A stretch of DNA of 62,049 bases, filler included, from Choristocarpus tenellus KU-1152 (GCA_964200185.2; 15 parts of 15 records of this genome joined end to end with filler, not necessarily neighbours in it), one strand, 5' to 3'; shown: positions 38,590 to 51,624, numbered from the whole stretch's first letter. The notes: generated by a model not told the origin, from the letters alone. A program made the numbers and translations.

Positions 38590-41312
38590 GCCTGCACAAA
38601 GAACTGGAGGGTGAACGCTCGCCTCGGGTCAGAGGACGGACGGAGGGCGGGGGGGAGGAGGCTGAGTAGTCCGCCTCCCCCTGTCGCCTCCCTTGATCCC
38701 CATCCCCTCCTGCCCCCCTCAAGCTCTTCCACACAGTTGCCGTTCAACGTTTCTGCCTGTGTCAAGAGAGATACGGGGAGTAACCGGGTGACACGGGTTG
38801 GAAGGCGAACGGGAGAGGAAACAGCCCCGCGAAGGCGTACACTCAATGCAAAAGATGCTGTTTCAAGCATCACCTCAACTGTCCTTGGGACAGCAAAACC
38901 TCCAAGGTGGGGCAAGTAGCTCGATACACAGCTTTTGCGGTTAGGGCAGAGGTTATTGATCCTACCACCCCTAATAACTACTACTACTACATATTACCTA
39001 CACCGTTGGACTTTCACAGAGGTAAATCTGTAGTGTGATGATATTATGGCCTCGATTGAGTCCTGCAGAAGCTTACGGTGGTAGTAGGGGAAGCACAAAG
39101 CACCTCTGTTATGCACCTAGAACTTCTTCTACAAAGATACATCAAGTAGTATAGTTAAACACTCGACCACCTCTGCTCAGCAATCTGATCAGAGCAAAAG
39201 AGGAGTGGGTGTGGTGCCTTCTACTCCCCCACCGATAAATGATGGTAGTTGCTCTTGATACAATCGAGACCATTGGAGGGACATATCAGTATCCTCATCC
39301 AAACAGTGACCAGAGTCACCTCTCCCTGGACATGCAAGTCCCAGCGGCAGGTAAACATGTATGCTCCAGTTGATGCAACGAGTTTCACAGCTCTTGCCAG
39401 TGAAAGAGTGAACACCAGGCAATAATAGTTGAACACTATCAAAGTAACATCCTACACTTGTAACCACGAAAAGGATATAGACATTCCACAGTAGTTGTAA
39501 TTTGGCAACACAAAAAAGAGCACCGATCACACAGCAGTCCTACTGAATCGCGACATGAAGGAACCACTTCTGGTCTAGCACATATGGGTCTGGGCAGTAA
39601 CTTTTCACAGGAATGGGGATCCCTTCACAACGACTGAATTAAAATAAGTATATGAGAGTTTCAAAAAGGTGCGTTGGTACCCATATGATATTTTTATGAT
39701 TCAGATTAGTACGCTATATATTGCTTACGGGGAAGGACAATGGTATCTTTCATCTTCCCTACCAACCCCTCTTCCCCCATCCTCCCATAAAGTCCCTCGC
39801 GTCATCAAGCAGTAGAAGCACTGGCCATGGCGAGAGGACTGCCCCCACTTTTCCCTCTATATATTCACCCCTATAAACCCCCTCCCTTCCCTCTCAGTCA
39901 TTCATGCCTACATTCTCTGCCAACTCCTCTGTTCCCCTAACCCTCCTATTTCTCACCTTGACTGTGCTCCCAGCCCACTCACTGATAACAAGGACACGCC
40001 CATTTCTCTGCAGGACGTGAGACACAGCCTGGGTGAAGTGTTCGAATGGACGCACTGGCATCTTTTGACTTACAGGAGTATGTTGGAAGGTCGACATCGG
40101 CTCACCTGTTTCTGGATTCTAAAGGGCATTGGTGTGGGGATGGGTGGCATAGGATACAACCGGTCAGTTGAATTATTTAGCGGTTGAAGAATCAATCGCA
40201 ACAGGTACGTACGCACGTTAAGTGTGTTATGCTTTGGAACGGCCACAAGGAGGGTGCAACTGGATTTCTCCAGGACTCAAAACTCCATGCCAGGACCAAA
40301 TATTTCCTGTTCCAGACTTGACCACCACTTTGAGACGCGACACATTAACATAATATGTGCAATCATCTTGCCTGGTAAATGTAGAACTTGCTGCTGACAA
40401 GGGTGCCAAACGCTTGCCAAAGCCCAGGCGACAAGGCCTTGTCCAAGCCAGGAAGCTCTGGGACCATCCCTTCCACCCCCCCCTTGTCCGCTGCAACCCG
40501 GCTACCGTGTCGAGTCTCTAGCCTGAGGCTGCGCGCCACTTCTACACCCTCCACCAAGGCAATGGTCCGTCCTGTTGAAGCGTTAGTAAGTCGCCCTCGC
40601 ATATGCCAGTATATAGGCTCATTCTCAGCATTACTCTCCTCCCCTGCCCTATTTTCTCTGGCCAAGTTGAAGGCTTTTTGCAGGGCCCTGGTGGGAGTAG
40701 GCAGGCGGAAATATTCCAGGAAAATAAGAACTGTGATATCAGGTCGGGTAGTACAGACCAGGCGGCCATACAACCGACAGCATCTCCTAGAAAAAACTTC
40801 GGTCCCTGACTCCTCGCAAGTTCAAAGATGCTCATGGCCAAGCCAATACACGACACGGCCCCAGCCAGTATATGGAGGGGAAGAAAAAAAGCTCTTCGCC
40901 ATAGATAGGGCGAAGAAAGGGTGCATTCCTGGGCAGGTACTTCGACAGACCAACTTTGTCAACGATGGTAACAAGGTGGGTCGTACATTGGCATTTTTTT
41001 CCAGGGTCGCTTCAACCGATGCTCTTCATCACCGCTCAAAGGCGTAGCAGTAGCTCCAGATTTCTCGTCCAGGCCATCCGGAGGATACGAGACCACGGGG
41101 CCAGCTCTCATCTCATGAAAAGCGCGAAACGCTGCAAGGGACCACGACGACCCTCCATCATCATCCTCACGCCCACCAAAGAAGTTTCTTGGTGCTCCCC
41201 TCGGGCTAGGTTCTCCCCCCTCCCACCTTTCCACTGGTTGCGTATGTGATGATCCTTCTGATACCACCGCAGCCAGCAGGGCAAGGACGGAAGAGGTACG
41301 GAAGCCCACCAT
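38590..41312 (-). CDS. Signal-peptide-bearing protein of unknown function, 5' four exons (41312-40987, 40687-40372, 40118-39957, 38756-38590), cut by the contig end; possibly DUF1838-like
   Basis: N-terminus MVGFRTSSVLALLAAVVSEG. Phase-consistent splicing gives ..EPIYWHMRGRLTNASTGRTIALVEGVEVAR..KFYIYQ|NPETGEPMSTFQHTP.. Intron 2 needs a GC donor. Confidence 0.7.
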
Positions 41313-43719
41313 TATGTTATGGTTGCTGTTGGGCTTGGACTGAGTTCGTGGCGCTACATGGCCGCCCTGTAGCTACAGGAGAGTTGGGGGTTTCAAGTTG
41401 GTACAATAATACAAAGGTAGTTAGTAGTAGTAGCAGTACTGAGCCAAATGTGTGAGAAAGCAAAAGTTGCAAGCTTCCCCATTCAGCTTTTCTGGCATGT
41501 TAGGAGAGCAGCGGCTGGCATGCCTTGAGAGTCGGTGGCACGTTGCACCAAGGTGCTGGATTCTGCAGGTACCTCAGGGAAACAGATTGAAGTATCGATT
41601 CTTCCCAATCTGAAGCGTTTTCTCGTTTGATAAGGGCAACGGCCAATAGCCCCTCGTCGACTATCTAGAGAAGAGAAACTCTCTAGAATATCTCGCATGG
41701 ACTCTAAGCGAGGGAGAGACTTATCCTAGGATCAAATCGACTGTTTTGTGACTTGTAGTGTTCCATTGATTCTACAACGTACCATTCTTGCCTTTTACGA
41801 GTGACACAACCTATACGAGGACAACGGTGATAAGGGCATGATCGAGATGGGGCGTGCCTTGTAGGGTAAGTTCGATGTCGGGAAGGACATTATTTTATTT
41901 TATATATCAAAAACGAAGTACGAATGTGTGACAGCTTGCTAATCCCTCAAAAACAATCAGTACCCTTAACCTGTGGTGTGTGATGCAAATCTTGTTTCCT
42001 CCCTATTCATTGATTAACTCAGCAGACTGGGACTGCTACCGCTCATGGAGTCAGCCATGAAACGGATTCAGAATCCCCGACCATGCCCAGCGCCTGATTT
42101 GGATCGTTACAGGGATGCAGTGAATGTGATCGTCAAACACATGCGAAAGATGGCGCTTGTAAGGGGATGGACTAAGTGGAGGCCCCGCCTTACTCAGGTA
42201 TGGTGCCGGGAGTGGCAGGAGAGGACTTCTGTAGATAGGGCATACTACTGCTGTTCCATAGTGCAATAATAATTCGACTCAGGCCTCTCTTCAATCTGAT
42301 CTACAGAGTCCCCCTGTTTACCCTCACTCTAACCAGCTTACATATGCCCTGGTTCAGGCTCGTGAACATCAATAGGGTCAATGTTTCACGCCAGCCTAGT
42401 CGCTATGTGCATCTCCCTGCCACACGCTCAAGCGTGACAATATGGATTTTCATTACTACCCCCTTGAAGGAAGGGTTACCTGGCCCATCCTACCTCCATC
42501 GATTTGAGATACCTGCACCAACTGAGGTCCCTCTTGGGGTTTCCACTGCCAGAAGCCTCAATAAACATGCATACTCACTATCAAGCTTGTTTTGGGATTG
42601 TAACAGATTTTGACTGCTGAGCATTTGCTGTAACCTTTGCATTCCCCTTGCTGCCCTCTTGTTCCAGGGGCAGGCTGCAATGCGATTGCTGGAGCGACAG
42701 CGGCGAAGGCTCGGTATGTCGGCCAGGAATGATCCCAACAACAGGTATTTTGAGAATTCTCAGTCCACCTGTCTCAAACAAAAATTGCTTGTAACCAGTT
42801 AAACAATGGTACTCTTTCCCTCCTCCCTGCCTATACTTACGGTTTATGGAGGTATCAACCACCAACGCCCCACACCGAGATCATTTCGTCTCTGCTGAGA
42901 TTTAGGCCTGTGCTGAGGTCTCAGCTGATTAAGACCGCACCATCAGATCTCTGATTGGTTCGGTGCAGTACTCAAGAATGCAAGGTCAATGCCAGACCTT
43001 TCTTCTCATTGCTTTGTTTTTTGTTTGTGGCCCTCCTCACTATGCTTCATTGTCTCTTCTTCCACCTGACATCTTCACATTACCATAGCCCATCTCACCT
43101 CCCCTCATCCTCGCCGCTGTGCTCCCATGCACACTACGATATTCATCTCAAAAGGTTGGAGGCAGGTGGCCAAACCTCTTCCCAGCCTAGGCACAACTCT
43201 TCACATACAGCGCCTCAACAGGGAAAGTTGGACCACTCATGGTTCAGTATTGGGTCCTCCTCCTCATCCTCCAACCCAGGAGACGTTAGAGTAGGTCGAC
43301 GGTTGAGCTCTGGACAGACCCCACCTTCTTCCCACCCTTCCAACAGAAAACGATTGGCTGCATCTCATGCGTCTGTGCTGCTAGGGGGTGGGGGGAAGGG
43401 GCAGGATGGGGGAGGGGGTGCTAGGAGGCGGTCCATGTCAGTACCGGCTGGTGCGACCACACAACAAGCGTGTTTCAAGGAGGAAAGGGAATCTTTCATT
43501 CGTGATCTCCAGGCAATTTTTTTTTTTTTTTGGGGGGGGGGAGGGGGAAAGATGCAGATTTTGTTGGAGAGGGGCAGGGTTGAGCGCCGCAGTAGATGGG
43601 NNNNNNNNNNNNNNNNNNNNNNNNNNNNNNNNNNNNNNNNNNNNTTAATTAATTAANNNNNNNNNNNNNNNNNNNNNNNNNNNNNNNNNNNNNNNNNNNN
43701 TTGTGTGTTGGGGTGATGT

Positions 43720-43891
43720 GGTGTGGGGGGGGGGGTGGCGGCTGTCCATTTGGGGCCAATTTTTTCATGTCGCGATTTTTTGGTGATTGGGTTGCATACG
43801 TCGGATGGATAATATAAGTACACTTTTCCTGGTTATGGCTCAAATGAACACCCTGGTGTAGATCCCCCCCCTCCCCCAGATACTTTGGGTC
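43720..43891. mobile_element. MITE family B copy, left TIR degraded
   Basis: Matches 32565-32745 and ends AGATACTTTGGGTC. Confidence 0.85.
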
Positions 43892-44897
43892 AGTGGTAGA
43901 CCGAGTTGGGGGCTGGTGGCTGTGGTACTTACAAGGTGGGTGACACCGATGAGGTAATTCCCATGAAACACCTGACCTTGCATCTATCTAGAGGACACAA
44001 CCTACAAAAGCATATGCAATCCTGAGGGCCGTTCCTGGCCTTTATAACCTTGCTCGAGCCTTCAGATACTTATGCAACCGAGACCGAACCTCTCCTCCCT
44101 CTCCGCCTGGCAAGAGGATGTCGGTAATGGGTCACTTTGGAGTTGAATGAGATAGTGGAGATAGTTGACCAAATTAGGTCATTTTACGGGTCATCAGCCC
44201 ATCAAGGAGGGAATGATCTCGAATGCATACACAACCCACGACTCCTACCCAGGCTTCCAATACTCTCCAACCTGTTGGGGGCTAGGAATTTCGGCTGTGG
44301 CTGATGTTTGTCTATCACATGACCAACCCCGTGTTCAGTGTAGGATAATGCAGTTGTTCATATTGGGAGACAAAGGGGACTCATGGCTTTGGGACATCCA
44401 GAGGGTGCGGCTCGTGAATGTTCCTCGTGGAACAACTCTGAGCTTCATGTCTAACCATTTGTGGATATGTCCACCAACTGGAACTGCTTTGTACACCTGC
44501 CCAGTGTGTGTATAACACACAGTTGCTTTTACCTCGAAGTACCATTTTGCTAGGGCACCTGAAATACTATACCCTAATAACCTGGACCTAAATTATTGCA
44601 CTCTTGATCTGTGTCTCCATGTTGACCCCTGCAAAAATCATACTTGACAGTACTATCATTTGGTTATAAAGATAGTAGTGACCTCAGCAGGGTGTTGTGA
44701 ATGTATGGCACTCTACAAAAAAACCTAGTGGCAATAGAAACATCACTTCACAGGTTAGTTTAATAACGAGGCAATAAGATCTTGATGCAAGCAACACAGA
44801 TCTTAGTCAACCGTAAAGTAGGATGAATTTATACTACATAGTAATAATTATACCTTGATCAGAATAATAAATTTACAACGATTTCAAAGCAGCACCA

Positions 44898-45161
44898 GGA
44901 CCATAGCACCCTAGAGGCGAGATCAGGCGTCAATTCAGGATCTGTGTGACTCTGTAGTTATTTTCATGTCATGTGAGTGGGCGTGTCAGATGTAAAGGCC
45001 ATTCTGTTCATCATCTGAACGAACCTTCCTTTTCTATCCCCCTCCTTGGAAGGAAAATCACTCGCACAATGGGCGTCGATCTGGGGGATCTTAACACACC
45101 CCCTCAAGCCCCAAATGGACAAACTGGGCAAAACACTTCCCCCTCTAAAGTACTATGGGCC
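44898..45161. mobile_element. MITE family C (related to A); second copy starts at 61761
   Basis: The right end CCCCAAATGGACAAACTGGGCAAAA…CCCTCTAAAGTACTATGGGCC is A-like. The internal sequence matches 61800-61980. Confidence 0.75.
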
Positions 45162-45855
45162 CCACCTCACATTGATCGTTGATATTTAGAGAAAGGTAAA
45201 GGTGACACAGAAATATGGGTGAGGATTATAGGGCAACAATCCACAGTGGAACATAAATACCTTGTGATGTCTTATAGGCAACCTAAAGTAGGTGCACCCA
45301 TCGCACTACTTGCTCTCTACCCACCAAACAAGTTGCACTATACACTGCTTTAAAGTATTTTCAACGTTCAGCCCACGGACATCCACACTTTATCTGGCAT
45401 AAACACTGTTCATCTTTTCCAGTCGAAGATTATTCTTGAAGTCAACCCATCCCACACTTCCTTCAGAGTATTGGTTGCTCACTGTTAGCTATGATAGGGA
45501 AGCAATACCATTGACTTCTGGGATTTCCTACAAAGGAGGGATATCATCACTCAACAATGTGTATGTCTCACAAGACCTGCAACAAAGATGAAGTACTTAT
45601 TTACACATGGAATAATTGGGACTCCTCTCCAAACCCCCTCTTAACAAAAACAAGAACGGTTTTGTGATTTGGTGAGAGGATTGGACGATGTAAACAAGTA
45701 GTATATAAAAATAGTTCCCTTTGCTCCACCCAAACATTTTCAAGCTTGACAACACACCAGTGACCCCACTGCTTGGACTTCCCATACACTGGTTGGCAAA
45801 GGTCACACAATCTAGTCCCCCTCAGCTGAATGGGCCATAACAGTGTTTTCATGTA

Positions 45856-47335
45856 TTACTTTCCCCATCCCACACCTGCAGTCATCCCTAGGTCTTCTCC
45901 ATCAAAATACCTGAGCACGGGATCTTTTCCATCAAAGCAATGCTGGGATAACCCTGAATTGGTATCAGGACCGACAGCCTCAGAGCTAACGGTTGACAGC
46001 GACAACAAATCACCTGGTGGTCGCATGCTCATATCCACATGAAGGTCAGTGCAGATCGGTGTCAAAACAGGCTTCCTTGGTCCTAACCGTCTTGCCCCAT
46101 CACCATCTCCACTGGTCCCACCACTGTGACCCCCACCTCCACATGCTCCAGCTCCACATCCAAAACCACCTGCAGTTCCCACTACCACACCCATGCCTAT
46201 TCCCACGCCCCCTACACCTGAGTTCCCTCCGTCTCCCATTGGGCCAGGTCCTGAGCTTGTGCTTGATGGAGGGTGCGTAGGGGCGGATGCAATGAGACGA
46301 GGCCCACCTGAGGGCATACCCTTGCTATGACTGCTACCCTCGCGCTCAAGGGGAGGGAGCTTAGGGGAGCCCTGCACCCCAGCACTCTTAGTGCGCAGCA
46401 GGGTAAAGGGGTCTGAGCGCTTGGGCTGAGAGACTCGGCTTTCCAGTGAGCTCCAGTTTGATAATGATGGATGGGGGGGGTGGGGAGGAGAGTGGTGGAG
46501 AACGAAACAGAGGGCCAAAAATAGTTACTGAACATGTTTTGCAAAAAGAACCCAAGAAGAAGCTCGACATGTATTGTCTTTTTGTGTGACAAGGACTTGA
46601 AACAATTCACTGACTCCAAGTTGACCTCAAACTTGTCCACAGGGGGAGTATGGAGGGGAAATGACATCTCAACAGCCAGACACTGCACTTCACACTCACG
46701 TTATTTGTGCCCTTACCCCAGGTACTCAGTACCATCCTGGATAAAGGTGACCCAAAGAATTTAAGAGGGTAGGAATTTTGCCCTGTTTGTCCGTTTGGGG
46801 CTTGAGTTCCCCTCTTTTTTTTTATGCCCTTTTTCGGTTTTCTGTGTGAACACTTCGGATTTCGGAGTAGGTAAAATGTATAGGACTATAAAAGGTGTGT
46901 CCGGAGCAAGGATATTGACACTTGCTAACAAGCACGATATACAAAATTCATCAAAATTGCAACATTGTATTTATGACTCTGAATGGACGTGACCCTACCC
47001 TCTTAAATGCTTTGACTCGGTGGGAAAAGATATTCTCGAGATGAGCGAGAAATCAATAACTGGTAGCAAAACCCCATTTTTACTTGGTGTCCAAAAGTAT
47101 GAGGAGGGTCTGTTCTATCTTCTGGATCACTTACTGCTGGTCCATATGATTCTTCCAGAGCAGTCTCCTCCTCTCCATCTTCATGTATTCTCCTGTCATG
47201 GGATCCAGTGGCCTCTCTAGGCTGTTGCCCATCTCTATGTGTTCACGGGCAGCCTGAACAACAGCCATGGCACTGTTGTATCCAGAACCCTGCTGGAGGT
47301 TTAGTTGGTGACTTGTTTTTCCAACTCCAGGCTCG
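45856..47335 (-). CDS. Probable exons (~47335-47135 and ~46450-45876) of an unknown protein with a Gly/Ser/Pro-rich region
   Basis: 220-aa GC-rich open frame. Donors GTAAGT (~47134) and GTGTGG (~45875). A MITE lies in the intervening intron. Confidence 0.5.
46749..47018. mobile_element. MITE family A, diverged complete copy
   Basis: GACCCAAAGAATTTAAGAGGGTAG…TACCCTCTTAAATGCTTTGACTC. The TSD is not clean. Confidence 0.85.
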
Positions 47336-47674
47336 ATATGGGGAATGAGGATGAAAAATAGACTTTGAAATGTACACGACAGAACCGAGTATGCCGTCAC
47401 TACACAAGTCTTGAGAGGCTGGTTTTATGGGATAATAGTAAAAAAAAATAACTCTGTCATTGAATGCCTAGGTGGTATCGATTACAAAATGTATAAAAGG
47501 CTATGAGATGATACCAGCAGCACTCTCCAATAAAGAAACAGACCATACAGAAACAGGGGAAATACGAAATAAGGTTAGGAATAAATCATTTGAAACATGT
47601 GATGACCCCAGGGTGTCAGATTGGGGATATGAGAATACTTCCAGGTGACAACAACAGTACAAACATTTGGATTG

Positions 47675-47901
47675 GACCCAAAGTATCTGGGGGGGGGGGG
47701 GGGGTCTACACCAGGGGGTCAATTTGGGGTAAAATAAGGAAAAGGGCATTTAAAATGTCCNNNNNNNNNNNNNNNNNNNNNNNNNNNNNNNNNNNNNNNN
47801 NNNNTTAATTAATTAANNNNNNNNNNNNNNNNNNNNNNNNNNNNNNNNNNNNNNNNNNNNCAAATGGACAGCCACCCCCCACCCCCCAGATACTTTGACC
47901 C
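47675..47901. mobile_element. Family B partial ends at both contig termini (47675-47760 and 47861-47901); another at 9575-9593
   Basis: TIR plus polyG/polyC running into spacers. Confidence 0.8.
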
Positions 47902-48508
47902 AGTACCAACGAAAACAACACGACTCTCTCCTTTGCTAGAGAAGTCCCTCAGAAAATGGTGTCGGATATAAATGTGCTTTGTTTTAGTAGAGCTTGTGGC
48001 ATTTGGTACTAGTTTTCATGCACCATCGTTATCCTCAAGCACGTCAATGCAATGCCTAGAAAAATGTGACTGAATAAACTCAAAAACACTTAACAAGAAA
48101 AGCAATTCCTATGCCACATTACTAAGGGCTATAAACTCACTCTCTGTTGAAGACAGAGGTACAAGCTTTTGAACCTTTTACATCCAAGATATTACTCCTC
48201 TAGTCACTGATCCACGATCATTCCAGTCTCCAACAAAACTAGCATCAGCATATGCATTAAACTCACACTCCGCATCAAAACCACCAAAACTCAATCCAAC
48301 ACTGGGACATATATTCAAATATGCTAAAATACACTTTACTGCACGCCAATGTGTGACTTTGGGGTTACTACTGTATTTGACAACGTCACGAAGTGCCTTC
48401 TGCAATCTCTAGCCTTGGCATAGCAGCTGCCCACATTAAAACATTATTTGTACGTGGTGCCAAAAGATCACAACGTGAGGGGCTATCACTGCACAAACAA
48501 CGCCATCT

Positions 48509-48763
48509 GAGTGAAAATATCTTAGAGGATACGAGTTTTGCTCTGGTCCATTTGGGGCTTGACTTCCCACGGGTTTTTTTTATGACATTTCCAACTCCAA
48601 AATTGTTTCAGAGTAGGCAAAATGTATACGTTATGTAAGGTGTGTCCGGAACAAGGATATTGACACTTCCTAACAAACACGATAACCAAAATTGCATCAA
48701 AATCCCAACATTGGATTTGGCCCCCAAATAGACGCGACACTACCCTCTAGGATACTCTAGCTC
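48509..48763. mobile_element. MITE family A, complete, TSD ATCT
   Basis: atct-GAGTGAAAATATCTTAGAGG…CCTCTAGGATACTCTAGCTC-atct. Confidence 0.9.
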
Positions 48764-48878
48764 ATCTGTTACATAGCGTAATATACAGGGATCTGCTCTG
48801 CATTGCTCAAAACACATTTTTCCAAAACGTGCACCAACCAACAAACTGTAAAAATACCTACTAGGTTGTTTGGTGCCA

Positions 48879-49137
48879 GACCCAAAGTATCTTAGAGGAT
48901 AGAGCCGCGTCCATTTGGAGGTCAAATTCCAATGTTTCGATTTTGATGTGATTTTGGCTATCGTGTTTGTTAGTAAGTGTGAATATCCTTGGTCCGGACA
49001 CAACGTTTCATAACGTATACATTCTACCTACTCCGAAATATTTTGGAGTAGGAAAATGTCATAAAATACCCCGAGGGAAGCCAAGCCCCAAATGGACAAA
49101 CAGGGAAAATCTCATACCCTCTAAGATACGTTTGCTC
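48879..49137. mobile_element. MITE family A, complete, reverse orientation, TSD GCCA
   Basis: gcca-GACCCAAAGTATCTTAGAGG…CCTCTAAGATACGTTTGCTC-gcca. Confidence 0.9.
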
Positions 49138-49336
49138 GCCATAAAGGGCTCTCACTAAACGTAAATCTTTCCCAGCCATGTACCACATCCACCACCAAAA
49201 CGAACAAATATTTCCTTTCTGATTTCTGCTCTAATATAAATCTGCTTCACATTCTAATGCATGAATCCTTGTCTGCAGCTAGTGCCAAAAACCATCCATT
49301 AAATATACAGGCCATGTCATCAAGGCAAACGTATCA

Positions 49337-49455
49337 GAGTGAAAGTATCTTAGAGGGTACGGTTTTTGCCGTGTTTGTCCTTTGGGGCTTGGCTTCCCAC
49401 GGGTTTTTAATGAAAATTACCTAATCCGAAATGATCTGGAGTGGGCAAAACGTGT
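49337..49455. mobile_element. MITE family A, left half only
   Basis: Starts GAGTGAAAGTATCTTAGAGGGTAC and is truncated. Confidence 0.85.
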
Positions 49456-49464
49456 AACCATTGC

Positions 49465-49810
49465 CACAACCAATATCAACCCAACTTACCTACCACTGAA
49501 CCTGCTCAAGACCCCCCCTTCCCACACCCTTCACACTACCGATTTATCAAAAACACACAAATCTTAGCCACACCATCGTCGCTCCCACCATCAGCCCCAT
49601 CATCACCCCCACCAATTTCAACCCACTCTACCTCCCACCGACCCTGCAAGATCCCCCCCTCCATCCCCACGCCCTTAACACCACCGACCTACCAAAACAC
49701 ACAGATCTCAGCCACACGATCATCACCCCGACAATCAGTCCCACAATCACCTCGACCAATATCAACCCACTCTACCCACCACCGAACCTCCTCAAGACCC
49801 CCATCCCGAC
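49465..49810. repeat. C/A-rich degenerate tandem repeat, period ~145 bp, ~2.4 copies
   Basis: accaat.tcaaccca…caaga.ccccc recurs at ~49469, ~49610 and ~49755. Confidence 0.75.
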
Positions 49811-49856
49811 TTGACCTCACCTTGTCACCTTATCCACCCACATGCCCACCATCTTC

Positions 49857-50316
49857 TGTTACAGGCGAATAGTGCGAAAATTCTTCCCGCGCTTTAACCG
49901 GCGCGAGCAGTATACGCGCGTGGGGAACCCCAAAAGGGGGAACTCCGATTTGCCCAAAAGTTGCAGAATAAAATCTGTAACTCCGGTAGTTGTAAAGGGG
50001 CCCAGATGGAAAGGTCGCAAAGGTTCTCAAATATATTCCAACGTTTGTAAACCAGAGAAGCCCCAAAAGTAAATGATGATAAGATATCCTAAAAACGGCT
50101 CTAAACGGCTCAGTTCTTCTGACCTAAAAGACCCACCTAGTCAGTTCTCTCCTAATTGATACCATTTTTACACACTTTTCATGTCCTGCTTGATTCACCG
50201 GAGAGTACTACTGTTCTGCTGAGCTGACGTGCGTTGGTCTGTGAATTGGATTTGACTTGTACATCCTGTAGAGGTGAGCTTTGAGGGGCGCCTCTAACAT
50301 GAAGGTCCTACCGAGA
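49857..50316 (+). mobile_element. Complete 5' LTR (443 bp, TGTTA…TAACA, 49857-50299) followed by a tRNA-Gln-type PBS (50300-50316); decayed internal region follows
   Basis: TG…CA with short inverted termini. TGAAGGTCCTACCGAGA differs at one base from the PBS at 17696. Partial copies at 6024, 13060 and 17720. Confidence 0.8.
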
Positions 50317-51251
50317 CTCTCTTCAAACTGGAGGGAATACTCATCTGATTGCCTCAACATTTAGGATTCCTTGCTTGTTCCAACTGGATCGTTTTCTTGT
50401 TCCACCTGGGTTTGTGGTCTTCATTCGTCGTCTACGAGATCCCCTCCTTAGACTCGTTGCCTTCATGGGTCTGAGGGCTTCTGTGGCTCTGAGGGAATTC
50501 TCTAGCCGTAAAACGAGTGGCCTCTGATCCCCACATCACTCGCCTATCTATAGTAATAAAATGAGTGGTCTTTGACCGCCATGGCATAGACGTTGCCTAG
50601 GTAGTTCTTCCTCACCGTTCGTACACTCACATTCCCGATCTGTTTTTCGTGTATCACACCATTCGCTTATTTCACAGGTTCTGCTAGGAATCAGTGATTC
50701 GGAGATGTACCTGTCCAAGGCCTTACTTTGCAAGAACGTTTGCAGCAGTTGTGACGGCTCAAAGTCCTTATGCATCGCGTCCACGAATCAATACCTTCAC
50801 CTCTTTCCATATCGAGCTCGTTGAAAACTCTTGTCTGACTTTCTTAGGACACACAGCGGTCCTTTCAGGTGCTTCGCCTGCAATTGATATCCCACGCATC
50901 AAAGGAAAGCTCTTACAAGTCCGTTGAGACGATGCGACGGCAACTGAGTGGTTCATATTTCGGTGGGAGAATACACCCTTTTTGCATGACCAGCCGAAAA
51001 TTGTGGTAAAGTTTGTTAAAGCATAGGCTACTGATTTGTTTCTTGTTGATATGATACACATCTACCAGCTTGTACTGACTGTTGATTGGTGCACTGCACT
51101 GGTTGTTAGTGTTCATTTATTTATTGCGCATTCTAACACATCATCNNNNNNNNNNNNNNNNNNNNNNNNNNNNNNNNNNNNNNNNNNNNTTAATTAATTA
51201 ANNNNNNNNNNNNNNNNNNNNNNNNNNNNNNNNNNNNNNNNNNNNTGAAAT

Positions 51252-51432
51252 GGTTCGAAGTGTCTGTGAGGGGGGGGCAGCTGTCCATTTGGGGTCAATT
51301 TTTTCATATCGCGATTTTTGGGTGATTTGGTTGCCATACGTCGGATGGATAATGCAAATGCACTTTTCCCGATTTAGGTCCAAATGGACACCCTCGTGTA
51401 GACCCCCCCCACCCCTCCAGATACTTTGGGTC
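51252..51432. mobile_element. MITE family B, complete
   Basis: GGTTCGAAGTGTCT…AGATACTTTGGGTC. Confidence 0.88.
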
Positions 51433-51624
51433 AATCATCGTACGTTGCACAACTGATACTAGTCCGTCGTTGGATATTGCCGTGATAGTGGAGCTAGTCA
51501 TACACTCCATGCCTGCTTAGTAGATCAAACACTGAACCTACACACCCACAGAATCTTATCGTAGCTACTCGACCCTCAGTACTTGGTCAGCAAGTAATGA
51601 TCAGTATCGGTTCAAATGGCAAAT

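Larger units (their letters stand above)
47904..49330 (-). mobile_element. Decayed Ty1/Copia RT-RNaseH interrupted by MITEs
   Basis: Motifs FEQCRADPCI, SSNPKVTHWRAVKCILAYL, AYADASFVGDWNDRGSVT, LSSTESEFIAL and TKHIYIRHHF. Confidence 0.88.

Noticed and set aside
40388-41047. 219-aa plus-strand ORF
   Set aside because: Antisense shadow of the spliced minus-strand gene.
49441-49872. Pro/Ser/Thr-rich 143-aa ORF
   Set aside because: Explained by a C/A-rich tandem repeat between TE fragments, with no splice support.
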